The notes beneath the pieces were generated by a model. It worked only from the letters and a program-made list of their open reading frames with translations. It was not told where the DNA came from and searched no databases. A stretch of DNA of 64,000 bases from Botryllus schlosseri (taxonomy: Eukaryota): the NCBI GenBank assembly GCA_051294905.1, contig CM119371.1, positions 29,762,001 through 29,826,000 on the forward strand, written 5' to 3'. Below, piece by piece: positions 12,797 to 26,250 of this stretch (positions are counted from its first letter, which is position 1; each line of letters opens with the position of its first letter). A program made the position numbers and the translations under genes.

Positions 12797-14776
12797 CAGT
12801 GCTTTTCAACCTTTTTGAGATTCATTCGCACTTTTTGTGTAAAATAAATTTCATTCGCACAAACCAAGCGAATATTGTTATACAAAAAGAAGATGAAAAT
12901 ACAACATTTATTTGCTCTGATGTGCAACAATAAATTGGCTACTATCTATCTTAAGCTATTAAGTGTCTCATCAAATTGGCTGCTATTTTCGCTCGTTTTG
13001 GTTTCAACTATTTCACTAAAACCCTTCTACTAGTGCTTGGATGACCAAGTCTTGAAGTCTGTTCTGCACTCCTATCCAACATACCGCGTATTTTTCAAGA
13101 GTGAAGAATGCTTGCTTGACAAAATCGATTTTGAGAGCTGACAAAAAGATCTAGGAAGCTCCGGTATGTCGGAAGTGTGAATAACTCGCCTGTTTGTGTT
13201 GAGGCTTTTGCCTTATGTCTTGGAATGCAAGGTCCAAATGATCAAGGACGAGAGTAGGCGCATTAGAGCTCGCTACCTTATGATACGTTGCTCCAACTTT
13301 TTTTTCGATTTCCAATTTTCTGCCTCGCGAGTATGTAAGAGCAAATGAACTCACGATACTGTGTGTTCTGGTCTTTAGATCAATTTAACTTGAGAATTCA
13401 TGACAGTTTAATAACGTTAAAGCAGTTATTTAGACTATCACCAAAATCTGAGTTTTTGTGGCATCTCGCGACCCGAGCCTCACCCATAGAAAGGAATTAA
13501 TTTTTAATATTCCAGTAGTATGCTATGATGTGACGGACATGTCAGACATACAGAACGCGCACACAACAATTATATCCAACACAGCTCTACACAATATGTC
13601 TGACGCACGCGATTTCAAATTAGGGTGAATTAAATTCCTATTTGCGTGTCACAGTTGTACTATATTGTCTACTGACTCTATTCAGATTGCAAGAACGGGA
13701 ATATTCCGTGCTGACATTGGACCATATCCATATCGAATAAATTGGCCATCAGTATCGGTCATTTTTGGCCAAGGTTTTGTCGACGCTCATGTTTTGGCAC
13801 CGCATGCTATCAGCCGTTTGTTGACCAAAACTTTCCGTCTTCATGTGACCCGACGCAGAAAGAGTTGGCCTCGACATGAATGAGTCTCATATACGTGAGC
13901 TCGCTCGTTGCACATCCCTAGCAATTACAGTAGTTCATCCCAACGGTCTTTCACCATGTTTTCCAGAAAAACCAGTCGGGCAAATATTATCATAAATTCT
14001 CATGATAAAGCCTATTCGCTCCAGTACCCAACACCGTGACCTTAGATTTGTAACAACTACATCGCAGGATTTTTGCAATAAATTCCACAAATATTACATA
14101 CGTATTAGCAGATAGCTCTGGCTCCGTGTCGACCCAAAATTATATCTTTTGCAGTCCATACTTTAATAATCCTTGAAGGGGTAAGATTTGCGTTACAGTA
14201 ACCTGCAAATGGGAGTCTGTGAGGAAGGTATTTACTAGTATTTACTACTATCCACGTGCCTCGCACTAATCGAACAGGTATTACGGAAGTATGATGATTG
14301 TTTAGCGAAAGTAAGCAGAAAGTCAATTTAACGTCATTTTCCCAGCCTGTCGCAGGCTCAGACGGGCTGATTTACTATATGTCTGCCACTACACCAGCTT
14401 CCAAACCAAGCTTTTGGTTACGTAATACTTATAGAGTGATATATTAATTCACTGCGGTTTGTGAGAGCTACGACTAGTGGTGCGTCGTAACTTAAACAAG
14501 TTTTTATAATTTCGTCGCAACAACAAAAGCTACATTGTCGTTGAATTTCCTATAAGGTCCATATTTGAATTATTCCAGGCCAGAAAAATTGACAATTATT
14601 ATTCACGATTTTCATTCGCACTCATACGGGATTTTCATTCGCACCTTTCGCACCACCTTCGTCGTTCGCACTTATCCGGGATTTTCATTGGCACCGTTCG
14701 CCCCATGCTCGACATTCGCACTGCAATTTTTTTCATTCGCACAGGTGCGAATCGTCACACATGTTGAAAAGCACTG
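12797..14776. mobile_element. hAT MITE (TIR cagtgcttttcaac) inserted into the Penelope RT
   Basis: TIRs cagtgcttttcaac / gttgaaaagcactg; TSD caataact on the left and caact (3-bp loss) on the right. Removing the element restores EKGRNNSLSFLD. Related copies at ~29395-30380, ~49390-50758 and ~56960-57830. Confidence 0.85.
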
Positions 14777-15480
14777 CAACTCATTATCATTTCTGGACGT
14801 TTTAGTCGAAAAGCGCAATGCCAACAAATTTGAGAGGTCTGTCTCCAGGAAACCGACATTCACAGGCCAATACCGTCGCTGGAATTTATTTAGTCCTCGA
14901 CGCAGAAAAATTAACCTCATAGGCACCCTCGTGCATAGAGCGTTGACGACGATATGTACGGGTAACAATCTGAGTTAAGAACTTGACATCCGAAAAATCT
15001 TACTTGATAACGGTTACCCAACAAAGCAATGTAGTGTACGAATATAAGTGCCACTGTGATTGTGGCTACGTGGGAATAGAACGTCAAAACGTCTGCGAGA
15101 ACGCATAAACCAACATGTCCCCAGATTTACCAGAACACGTGCATCACGCTCATCATCACGCTTATGATTGATGCTGACCGATCAAAGGCCATTAATTCTG
15201 CCATCGGCAAACATCTGTTAGATAGTCCGATTTGTGCGAATAACTATAGAGACGACCGATTTCGAATCGTTGGGCGGGGCCGTTCACAATTCCATTTGTG
15301 TGCCTTGGAGTCGACTTTTATCAAAATACACCAACCAAAACTCTGTTAACAAACGAAGTTCGTGTACCAACTAAAATAGTACATTGAACGCTCTCTCTTT
15401 CATGCTGGTGACGTCATATTTTGCGATACGATTGTTGATATACAATGTTCTTTCCAATTCTCTACTAGTTGCTGACGATT

Positions 15481-15514
15481 ACCCCTGACGAGTGTCAGCC
15501 GAAAATATTCGGGT
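15481..15514 (+). ncRNA. Candidate minimal type I hammerhead ribozyme in the Penelope pseudo-LTR
   Basis: accc-CTGACGA-gtgtcagcc-GAAA-atat-TC-gggt: core boxes CUGANGA and GAAA, a UH site, stem I accc/gggt and a palindromic stem III. Stem II is weak. Confidence 0.55.
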
Positions 15515-15589
15515 TCATTTCAATATGAATATACTATTCAATTGTATATTGAAGTTCTGTACCTTCAAGAAGCTCGTAAAATATATTGA

Positions 15590-16752
15590 AGAACAGGCTG
15601 ATCAAGTGATCAGCTGTTAGCCGTCATAGAAAACGAACTAGCTAGCTAACATCTCATCACCTATCTCAGTATGAAACACAGTTACAATTAGCACAGACCA
15701 ACACCGGCTTTTGCGTGAAATCCGCAATGCTGTAGTTTTCGTTAAGCCTTTGTGTCAGATGAGCGTATACCTCATTACCATACTCGACCTCGATAACGAA
15801 ATTACTGCCCTAATCATTGTGTGTCAACCCCAGATCTTGGCACACGTTCGATACTGAAGTCAAGATACCGTCCAAAAGCTCACGACCGATCTAGGTATGG
15901 AGCATCGTTAAAATCATTAGAGACCAATATCCGTTTTGCGCAAAATCTGTTGGTGATAAATGGCGATTCAGCTCTTACTCAACTTAGGAAACAAAATTAC
16001 CACTCACATAATTCAGCGATAAACTTAAAACTTGGTATGGCGTTCGATATTAACACCAAGACTAACTATACTAAATGTCGTGACCGATCTCGGTATGGAA
16101 CATCGTCAAAATCAATGGAGAACAATACCTGCTCTTGGGTAAAATCGGTTTTCGATACATGACGGATCAGCACACAGTCAACTTTGGACACGAAATTACT
16201 ACCCTACACTTGAACTAGCAACCCTGAAACTTTGAGCAGTGTTAAATAAGACCTTCACGACATAACATACCAAGTTTCAAGGATTATCATGGTGCGAAAC
16301 ATCGTCAAAATCGACCTATACCAGCAAAGGTCGAACCAGCGCATATGAAGGTAACCGAGTTCAGATATATATAAGATTGTTCCATCACACTTTAGGGGCA
16401 ACCATGCAAGGTTGCCCCACTTGCTCGGCAATTTTATGAATAGGAGAGAGTAAATCATCGTTTCATTATTGTGCGCGGCTTTGAGAGAACAGACAGTGAA
16501 AGCTTGTTATGCGCTGCCGGGGCAAACCCCGGCTCGGCATTCACAAAGCGAAAAGACAGAAGAGAATTCTATTTTCGCAGAGACTTCACTAGGTATGGGC
16601 ATTTACAAGCGAAAGCACAAGAAGAATGCGGGTTTCGCTGTGATTTCGGCTTATATTTATTGCTGTGCGTCTATAAATGGTAAATAATTGTTATTGAACG
16701 GAATTTTAGGTGGGGCAATGCCCCAGGTGCCCTATAGGACGAGTCGCCACTG
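15590..16752. mobile_element. Right portion of the hAT family seen at 6528-8419
   Basis: Colinear with ~7215-8419; ends ataggacgagtcgccactg. Confidence 0.85.
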
Positions 16753-17241
16753 GATTCAAACGACATATTACAGATGGAATATGACCTAACCTCACAAGCC
16801 GGGCTGTGGAGAGTCGGTAAATTTTACCACCGACTCCAACTCCGACTATAGACATTTTCATATACCGACTCCGACTGCGAGTATTTTCTCAAAAGAACTT
16901 CAACTCCGACTCCAGCAGTATTACCAATTTACTTCGAAAATGATATGCCACAGTGGCGTTCAAATAACTATCATATAACCATTAAACATGTGCAAACATA
17001 TGATTAACGATTGCATGCAAAATCGCTTCATTGTGGCACAGCTCGAATCATTCGCTATGCAATTAACATGAAAGATTGCCTTTTTAAATATTCTTCCTTT
17101 TTTCATATTTTATGAGCGTTTATAACATGGCTTAATATCATAATATGCATGAATCATTTCAACATGACATATATCCAATCCTGTATAATTAAAATGTAGA
17201 TAAAACAATCGAAGTGTAGCTCTTTTGTATTAGTCAACAAC

Positions 17242-20200
17242 CAGGGCTGTGGAGTCGGAGTCGTGGAAAAAATACTGACTGGAGTCGGAGTCGAAGTTTG
17301 TGAAAATGACCCTGACTTCGACTCCGACTCCAACTCCAACTTCTTTATCATGTAAACAATTGATTTCAAAGATACCTTTTAAATGACTAATATTAACTAC
17401 AAGGATTTATATGTACTATCAATCACTTTTATTCGTAATGATACAGATCAGGAGCGGCCAGGCCGTGACCCGCAGGCCAAATGTAGCACGTGAGAAGTTT
17501 TTGTGTGGCCAGCGAGTAAATTCTCGAAATTACATATATGATCAGGTTAAATTGTAAAATTTGATTAACCTGTTCGCAAAATTTGATGATGACTAAAACA
17601 TCTGTTTCGACGCATTGGCGTAACCAGTTAGCCAAATTCATCGCAGATCTTCGTATATGCCATAAAGTAGAATATTCCGTAGCAGATTTATTTGACTTGG
17701 AATTAGCAGTTCGCATGATTTATTGTCACAATTCTTTCATTTAGAATTGGAAACCCCACCAGAAATTATAAATAGGCTACGCTTAATTTACAGAATTTAG
17801 TCCAACTATACTCGCAATTACGAGATAACGTGTCGTCCAACATGGGACTTCGCATGTGCGCTCGAATCGAGATCGTCGGCGATGAAACATTTGCGCAAAA
17901 TGACAGGCATGTTCACTGAAACCGTCTATATTGCTCTGTCTCAAACGCCAAATAATCCTGTCCTTGCCAAATGAGCCCATTGCTACACAGAGGCAATCCC
18001 CAATATATGCAAGTAATATATTTATTGATCGAATTCATTCATTACTTTTGAAAGAATTTCGTGCTTCGCGCGACCAGGACATGACTGCATACTGAGTTTT
18101 CATGACATAATTGTTATCAATTTTAAAGCGTAGTCATATAAGTCTTGTTTCCAATGTAACCGAATTCGGTTCGTTCCTATCGAGCGACTAAAAATAAGGT
18201 TATTAACATTCAAGTTATCCGCACAATGGTTCGTAAATCTCATGTTGCCCTTTGGCCGAAAACGTTGGCCAATTCTGACATAGATAGAATATAACATTAT
18301 TTGTCAAATACAATTCAGTTTCATAGAGTAAGAAAGCAGCAATATTCATCTTCGCGATGAAGTCACACATTGTTGCAATTCTTGGAATTATACCATGATA
18401 TTGTGACAGTGCAAATATATCGTCTGATCTTAAAATCGATGTAAATATAACCAAACGCTCCTTTCCACTTAACAAAATTAAAAATATTTGTAGTGTAGCT
18501 TAGCTGCTTGGGTCGAACAAATGAGTAAGAAAGACCGCAAGTCCTAGTCCTTGAATACTTGATTATTAGTGGCATGTAAACTAGAAATATGCAGTTTCAC
18601 TACTTTCTAAATTTTGTTTATGACAAATGCCTATTAGTAGTGAGAGTGTGTGTGCTTGTAATCAGTACAGTGTGAAATGAGACAATTAGTAAGATGCATC
18701 TCTGTATTAGTTGCTGACTCATGCACAAGAGCAACACTTCGATTGTTTTATATACACTTTAATTATACAGTATGGCAGGGGTCGCCAACTCAAAATGGGT
18801 CGCGGGCCACTTTTCAAAATTCCTAGAGGCCGCGGGCCGCATGACATCTATATCGAGATTAATGTAGGCAACGCAGTGTAACGACCACGTCTGATAACTC
18901 TACGTTAGTACAATGCTGTGCTCTCTAGCATGGGCGATGGGCATAGTCTCCACAAAAGAAATAATATTTTATTGAACAAACACAAATCCAACAAAAAATA
19001 TCAAGATCATCAATTTCGTTATATTTTGAACTATGAGCTGTGCACGATACCTGACAACACTCTGTAGCGCAAATAAAACAGGGGTTCAATTACTCAAATA
19101 GCCTGCGGCGGCCGCATTCCGGTGCATATTCGTAGTGAACTCACTGCGTGCCAAATGGAAAATACCCACGTTAGACTGTCCAGTCCATGTCCATCGCTGG
19201 TACAATCCGGACTAATATATTTACGCATATCGACTTACTGTGCGCACCGAAATCGTCACAATAAAAAGAGTTACACGGATTAGACCTGTAGTCGCGCTAA
19301 GCGCGAAAAAATTTTCAGGTTCATGAGTGAATTTCGCCATTAAATATTGGTATAATTTCATATATCACTATAAATTTTTTATCCTTTTTCGGCCAATGTG
19401 ATCTAACTCACCGCTAGAGCTGATGCAGGGGTTGTCTTCGAAAACTTAGGTAAGTTGTTAATGCTGTGCTGCATCTTTGGTTGGGTCAATTCTTCTTCTT
19501 CTTATTATTATTATTAGTCCCCTTTGTTGCATGCAGTTATTTCTTGACCTCCCATCAGATTTGTCGAGAGTCAATTCGTAAATTCAAGTTGCATATTGAC
19601 GGCGGCCAACACATCCTAATTGAATTAAATGTCGGCAGCTGCATAATCTTCCTTCTACTGTCACAGATTGGCCACCCCTGGATTAAAGAATCGATATTTG
19701 GGTCAGCTAGACACGGTAGTCTACTTGCTGGAAAACGATCTCCTCGTAAAGCATGGTCTTTTGGAGAGCCCGAAGTCGTTTTTCACGGGTCTAGGTCTCG
19801 GCAGGGGTGGACCATTGCACGTCAACGCAATATGCCCATTCATACCAGCTAATTCTTCCTCCATGGAATGATATTATCATGCCGAAGTCGTATACCAGCT
19901 AGTGAGGAATAGTGATATTGGGCACGGTAGAATGGCTTACTTTGAACAACAACAAAAATATCAATTTCAGCATTTCAAAATGCTTCACTAAGCGTTCTTC
20001 GAATTTTTTCCAAATCAGGCCGCGGGCCGCAAAATATGACGTCGGGGGCCGCATGCGGCCCGCGGGCCGCGTGTTGGTGACCCCTGCAGTATGGGATGTA
20101 TGCCGTGTTCGAATAATTCATGCATATTAGGTTACTAGTCCATGTTATGAAAACTGATATAATATGAAAAAAGGAAGGAAATTAAGAAATGCCATCTTTC

Positions 20201-20490
20201 ATGCATAGTGAATAATTCGAGCTGTGCCACAATGAAACCATTTTGCATGTTTGCACATGTTTAATGGTTATATGATAGTCATTAACCATCACTGTGGCAT
20301 ATAATTTTCAAAGTAAATTGGTGATACTGTTGGAGTCGGGAGTCGATATTTTCAAGGATTCGGGAGTCGAAGTCGGAGCCGGAGTCGGAGTCCGGTATGT
20401 TCAAAGACTCAGGAGTCGGTCCATTGAAAATGTGTGGAGTCGGAGTCGGAGTTGCAGTCGGTGGTATAATTTACCGACTCCACAGCCCTG
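17242..20490. mobile_element. Second hAT MITE of the same family, nested in the opposite orientation
   Basis: TIRs cagggctgtggagtcgg / ccgactccacagccctg; TSD tcaacaac / tcagcaac (7 of 8). Confidence 0.85.
18776..20086. mobile_element. hAT non-autonomous element with coding-like cargo
   Basis: TIRs caggggtcgccaac / gttggtgacccctg; perfect TSD cagtatgg at 18768-18775 and 20087-20094. Confidence 0.9.
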
Positions 20491-20746
20491 TCAGCAACTA
20501 ATACAGAAATGTAACTTCCTAATTTTCTCATTACACACTATACTGGTTACAAGCACACACACTCTCAATACTAATAAACATTAGTCAGAAACGAAAGTTG
20601 GGAAGTAGTAGAGTAGACACGTGCACTGACTCAATTATTCAAGGATTAGGACAAGCAGTCTTCCTTAATCATTTGTTCGACCGACGCAGCTAAGTTTCCC
20701 TACAAATCTTTTTATTTAGGAAAGTGAGAAGCTACGTTTGGTTATC

Positions 20747-21699
20747 TAGGGATGGTGTGAACCTCTGAAAGGTTCAGGTTCGTGTGAACGTTAACCTTTT
20801 TGAAAGGTTCTGTGTGAACACGAACGTGAACCTCATGACGTCACGTGACGTCATATTGGTAATTTCAACCCCATATTTCAATTAGGTGATTGCTTATATT
20901 AATCTACTGTACACGATACCGAGCGACGACTCGGGGCCACATAATAGCTCAGTACTTAAGTACATATTGACGTTTGAAACGTCGCCAAATGTATCAACTG
21001 GGGCAATCAAATGATATAATAATCCCATAAAATCAGTATCTTGCGTCGCTTTGCCAAGAATTTCGACCTGATCGGACAATGTGTTCGGCGTCTGAGTATT
21101 GCCACATGGATATTGAGCAGAGTGTAAAATGGGTTTTTATACTTGCTACCGATTAACAAGTTATACAGCAGTATAGCCAACACCCCAGTCGCACGGATTT
21201 GGTTTTTATGATACAGTATACATATGTAGTCAAGATTGACCCCGTACGCCAGCTAGATTTTTACATCAGAAGACGATATCAATCTCATTGATTGGTTGAA
21301 TAAGGATCATTTGCTGACAAAATACAGTGTATTTCGCTCTTGATGTCATGTGATTGCGGGTCAAGCTCACAGCACAGAGACACTAAATATGCACAAACAG
21401 AATGCTGGATATTTCGAGCAAACTTTTGTAACAATAGCCTACAAGTAAATTTTTGAGATTGTCAGGGGCATGCTCGTTGATTGTTGAATGTTTATGCAGC
21501 CAGCTCCATGCATAGAGTGGCCCGCAGTTGAAAGTCAATAAATTTGAACCAAAGATGTTATAACGAAGTGAAAATTGCAATATATGAAAAAGGTTCACAG
21601 TGCAGAACCTACCAAGGTTCTGTTGTGAACGCGAACCTCAAATTTTCCGAGGTTCACACACAGAACGCGAACGTGAACCTCACGTTCACACCATCCCTA
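20747..21699. mobile_element. MITE with tagggatggtgtgaac TIRs
   Basis: tagggatggtgtgaac / gttcacaccatcccta; gtgaac subterminal repeats; second copy at ~42293-43561. Confidence 0.8.
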
Positions 21700-22479
21700 A
21701 TATTCACATCACTTTACAAAACCAGACGATGTATCTACTCTGTCACTCACAGTATCATGGTATAATTCAAAAAATTGCATCAATGTGTGACTGCATCACG
21801 CATATCGCGGTCTTCTTCCTCTATGCAAGTAAATTATTATTTGCAAATATCGTCAAATTTAATCTGTGTCAGGGGTGGCCAACCAGAGTCCTGGCCGCGC
21901 AAAGCGCGAAATTTCCGAAGGTAATGAATGAATTCGATCAATAAATATGTTACTTTCATACATTGGGGAGTCGCCTCTGTATATACCACGGGGTTCACTT
22001 GGTAAGGACAGGATGATTCCGCGTATAGACATAGCAATAACGAAGGTTTGTGGCGCGCTGTCTAAGTCAAAGACTGCGTCGCGTTCCCTCTAGGTACCGC
22101 AACAGAGAGTTGGCGAACACGTTTGACTGCACTTTATTGTACGACAGAAAACGTCAACGGGCTAACGATAAACGAACGAAGTCTTCTTCAAATAGTCAGA
22201 ATCCAAACAGCGTCGCGCATAATCACAAACAATGATTTTGATTAATGATCCGACGTCGAGAGGGTATGTGCAGCACACCCATCCGCCATGAGCCAGAACG
22301 ACGTGAAGATAGCATAGCAGCATGTAATACACACATTGAGGAAACGGTAGCCTACATACCGAAGAGTGATAAACAGCGAGACACAGCAAGCGATAAAAAT
22401 TCAATTCTGCATTTCAAACACTGGTGCGAGTATAAATTTTGCAAGTGACTGGGTGTTCCTATACTTCCGACAACACGAC

Positions 22480-25400
22480 CACTATTCGTTACAGTTGTCG
22501 ATTGAGATTCGGGAAGGGTGACGTTCTTAGCGGTACTATTAGATTTAACAGTTTTCAAAACACTGCAACCGAGCTGGAATCAAACGATCAGTACATGTGT
22601 CCTAATGACCTTCACTAGTCTCGAAAGTAAAACACTTCGGAGTGCGCTTCAACACTTGGTGCGGACCAGTATAGAGGGGGACAAGTGATCGTCTTGAGCT
22701 GTCGATTCTTATAAATACGTGGGTGCAAGTGATTAAACTATTGAGAGCCTGTGACTTTGGATTACAGTGAAAATTAGTGTGAAGTTTGGCCATGGCCGGA
22801 AAGAATCGTCTCAAATTGCTCACGAAAGTTGGATTATCGGGGCTATTCCTACACGGAACGGGATCAACTAATTGACCACACAAGCGTAATGAAGTACTAT
22901 AAGTCAATTCGGAAGTCGGGTACCATAAATCCTCTTATTTCACAACGCAACCACAAGATGCCTAAATTATAATACTAATCGGTCGGGCTCTCCTTTGTAC
23001 GCAACGCGTCTTTCAACGTACGGTTCATTCTTTCGACCACTGAAATTTGCTCAGGTTTACGGGCTAGGGTCCTAATATGATGGATTCAAAGCAATTGGTT
23101 AAGTTGTGACCATTCAATGGACGTAAATTGGCTACCTTGGTCCCTTATAAGTTTCTTGGGTGCGCCGAATCTAGATACATAGCCGAGCTTAAAAGCGTCA
23201 ATTACTATTTGGGTGCGCATATCACACATAGGGATACACTCCGGCCAACGAGAAAATCCATCAATGCACATGCACATCAATAAATATGAAAAACCGCAAC
23301 TAAGGCTATCAACATTTACGGTACGATAACGTTCAGAGGGCACTGGAAGGCTGGTTATTGGCGTTCGAGTATGCCGGGTTATCTTCGAGCGCTAACACGG
23401 AAGACACTGTCGAACAAACTCGGTTATGTGCCGCTTCAAATGAGGCCATACGTACCAGTCCGTTATCAGCTTCGTAGTCGCTCGAATGCTAGGGTGAAAA
23501 ATGTTGTGAAGTCCGTTGAGCATTGCGTCGCACAAAGAATGCGGTGCGAACGGGTGATGTTTTCCAGGCAGCGGCTTGTCGAAAATAACGGGGCCAAGCA
23601 ACCCTTCAACCGTCACCTCCACAAGACCAAATAATGCCCGTTGGAGTTCAACAGTCGATTTCGCAATTCGTCGTCGTCCTTCTGGGCGTCAAACAGCATC
23701 TGCGCAGAAATCGGAACGGTTTCTGGGAAAACCACATTGATTTCTAATCTTAAGAGAGTGTCGGCTTCAGTGTTCAGCGATCTTTAATTGTGACAGACGT
23801 CGCTTGTAAACTCCGTGATGAACCTTAAAGGCCCGGTTACACGACGAGTTGCCGCGAGGCTCAAAATTGCGAATGTACAATTGTACAAATATGGGTATCG
23901 GAATCGGAGAAGCCCTTTGGTGAACATATTGTACATTCTTAAGCGCTGTTTCGATAACTCAGTATCTCCATAACCCCGCGCCTACATAATAACCCGAGTA
24001 CAAAAGGCTCAGATATGATTGGCGTATTAACAAGCTGTGCATCACTGATTAGTCTCCTACTAGCTCGTCGCGCATCGCCTCAACTCGTCGCGACCGTACA
24101 TGTAACCGCACCTCGATTGGCGCGCGCGACGAGTCTTTCAGTAAGGTTCTGCAAAGCTTTAACAACACCATCGGTTATTAGTTGAAATTTTCTGCCCTTC
24201 AATTGAACGTGAAAATGTTCACTATCAGAATACGCTCCCGCGAGTTTGCGATCGAATGCTCAATGCGTTCGTTGGATACGATTAAGGATCTCCGAATAAT
24301 ACCCAAGAGGTTACCACACTCCTTTGTGTTGCTGTTGCAAAACTGCACCAATCCCTACTTCACTTGTATCCACAACTAAAGAGAGGTCCGATTCAGGAAC
24401 AGGCTGGGCGAGTAAGGCATTACCCGAGGGATCCGATTTGATGCGATCAAATGCTGATAATGCAGGGTCCAACCATACAATACGTCTGCGTTTGTTGGAT
24501 GATTGATTTGCAATATTGTAGAGCGGCTTCAATATAGTTGCGAAGTCTTTCACAAATCGACGATAGTAACACACCAGGCCAAGAAAGGATCGCAGTGGGT
24601 TTACGCTACGTGGGCGAGGGTAATTTGTAATCACATCAATCTTTTCAGGCAGGGGACGGATTCTCTCGAGACCAACTAAATGTCCAAGGACTGCTATCTC
24701 CTTTTGACCAAATTCGCACTTGCCAACGTTAATAACCAGACCAAACTCACAGAGCCTTGAAAAGAGTGTCCTGAGCGTCGTCAAGTGTTCGTGTTCAGTG
24801 CGGGGGGCGATTAAAACATCATCTTAAAACACAAAACTATGTTCGATTCCGGATGTAACCTCAGAGATAAAACGGTTAAAAGTGCTACATGCATTCGTCA
24901 ATCCGGAGGGCACGGTAGTTGGTTGATACAGTCCTCCAGGGCAAATAAACGCGGCATTCTCTTTGTCCCGGGAATGAAGAGGAATCTGACGTTACGCTTT
25001 CTGTAAATCAATCTTGTTGAACATACTGCAACCGTGCAATTCGTAAGTGAAATCTCGTAGAAAGGGAACTGGCCAGCGATCCTTGATTGTTTGATTGTTC
25101 AACTTACGGTAATCGACGCCAATCCTAATGTCGTCTTCACCTTTACGAACAACGGTAATAGGTGACACACACGGCGATTTTGAACGAACAATATGTCCGG
25201 ACACTAAAAGCTCGTCCAATTGTCCCCTTACCTTGCGTCTCAAATGCGGTTGTAAGGGGCGACAACGCGAACGCACAGGACCGCCAGTAGTCAATATCGA
25301 GTGTACGGTGCCATGCTTGCCACGTAGGGACGCAATCTTCGGTATGGTCAAATCTTTGAATTCCTTCAAGATATCGGCATATGGTTCTATATGGTGGGAC

Positions 25401-26250
25401 GGGATCAAGTTAGGGCCGAAAACAGTCGCACATTTCTTCCGGCCTCTCAGGAGGGTGTTCGAACTCGGGTCCAACATTACGTTATTCCTAATATCGACTA
25501 CAAAAGAGACTTCTTACAGGACATCAGCTCCTAATATCGCAAATTTTGTATCCGCTACATAGAATACAAAATCATACGTGTGCCCGTTTGAGAGTCGGAT
25601 CTTGCGAGAATTCGTACCACGAGTTGGCATAGTGGTGCCGTTCGTTGCATATAGGTTGGGTCCACGCTCTTAGTTACGACGGTCTTGCCATCTGCTGCGC
25701 ATGAGTGAAACGGATACTCAGGTATCTGCTAAAAAATGAGTTCATGTATGAAATGTCATCATGTACGTGTAATAGAGATACATCACGAGAGCTATGAGAC
25801 ACAACCAATGGACCTGCACGGCGTGAACGAAATCTTACGCGGTACCGCTGTCTAAAAAAGGACGAGCAGATTCGTGGTGTACACAACCAAGGCGACAATT
25901 CCTGCTCGATCAGTTCTTGATAATAGTAGACGTCGCATTCCCGGCTTTGCGGAGGGCCGTCGGTACAGTCATTACGACAAACTGCATTTTGATGCCTAGA
26001 GTCCGTATGCATGTCTTAAAAACGAGGGTGGTGACGAGTCGTCACCCCAGCGGCAGAAGTCGATCGTGGAGGTGCGCGGACCGAAAGTGAATTCCGCATA
26101 GGCGGTCAAGATAGAAGCTGTCTAACTTCACGGGTCAGGCTTTAAATTTCTCTTCGCATCCGATGAAAGTCGACGTTACAGGGCGCTTTGTGATCAGTAT
26201 GATGATACCCATGGGCGTAGATATTGTCAGCTCGTACTGCCAATTCATCT
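22480..26250 (-). mobile_element. Decayed Ty3/Gypsy LTR retrotransposon, internal region
   Basis: Minus-strand order RT (SPITVV..DIRIGVDYRKLN..KIDLQKA; FVF*DDVLIA), RNase H (DTSEVGIGAVLQQ), integrase zinc finger (HNIFHPS..VRQCLPC), integrase core (IDGFSRWP..DQGSQFTS), GPY/F-like (YTGPHQV). Many stops and frameshifts; LTRs not identified. Confidence 0.92.
23829..24113. mobile_element. PIF/Harbinger-like MITE inserted in the Gypsy pol region
   Basis: Imperfect TIRs aggcccggttacacg / catgtaaccgcacct; interrupts the RQSR..FITEF motif. Confidence 0.6.

Larger units (their letters stand above)
12248..15550 (+). mobile_element. Decayed Penelope-like retroelement (RT + GIY-YIG) with an inverted 5' pseudo-LTR, interrupted by a hAT MITE
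   Basis: VAMGSRLGPTLANIFVG...YRRYVDDTF...QFTIEK at 12568-12796 continues as NSLSFLDVLV...RKPTFTGQY from 14777 and SAIGKHL...LESTFIKIHQPKLC at 15195-15349. 12248-12441 is the reverse complement of ~15357-15550. Confidence 0.9.

Noticed and set aside
22040..22460. 3' LTR of the Gypsy element
   Set aside because: No matching second LTR, polypurine tract or primer-binding site could be identified by eye.
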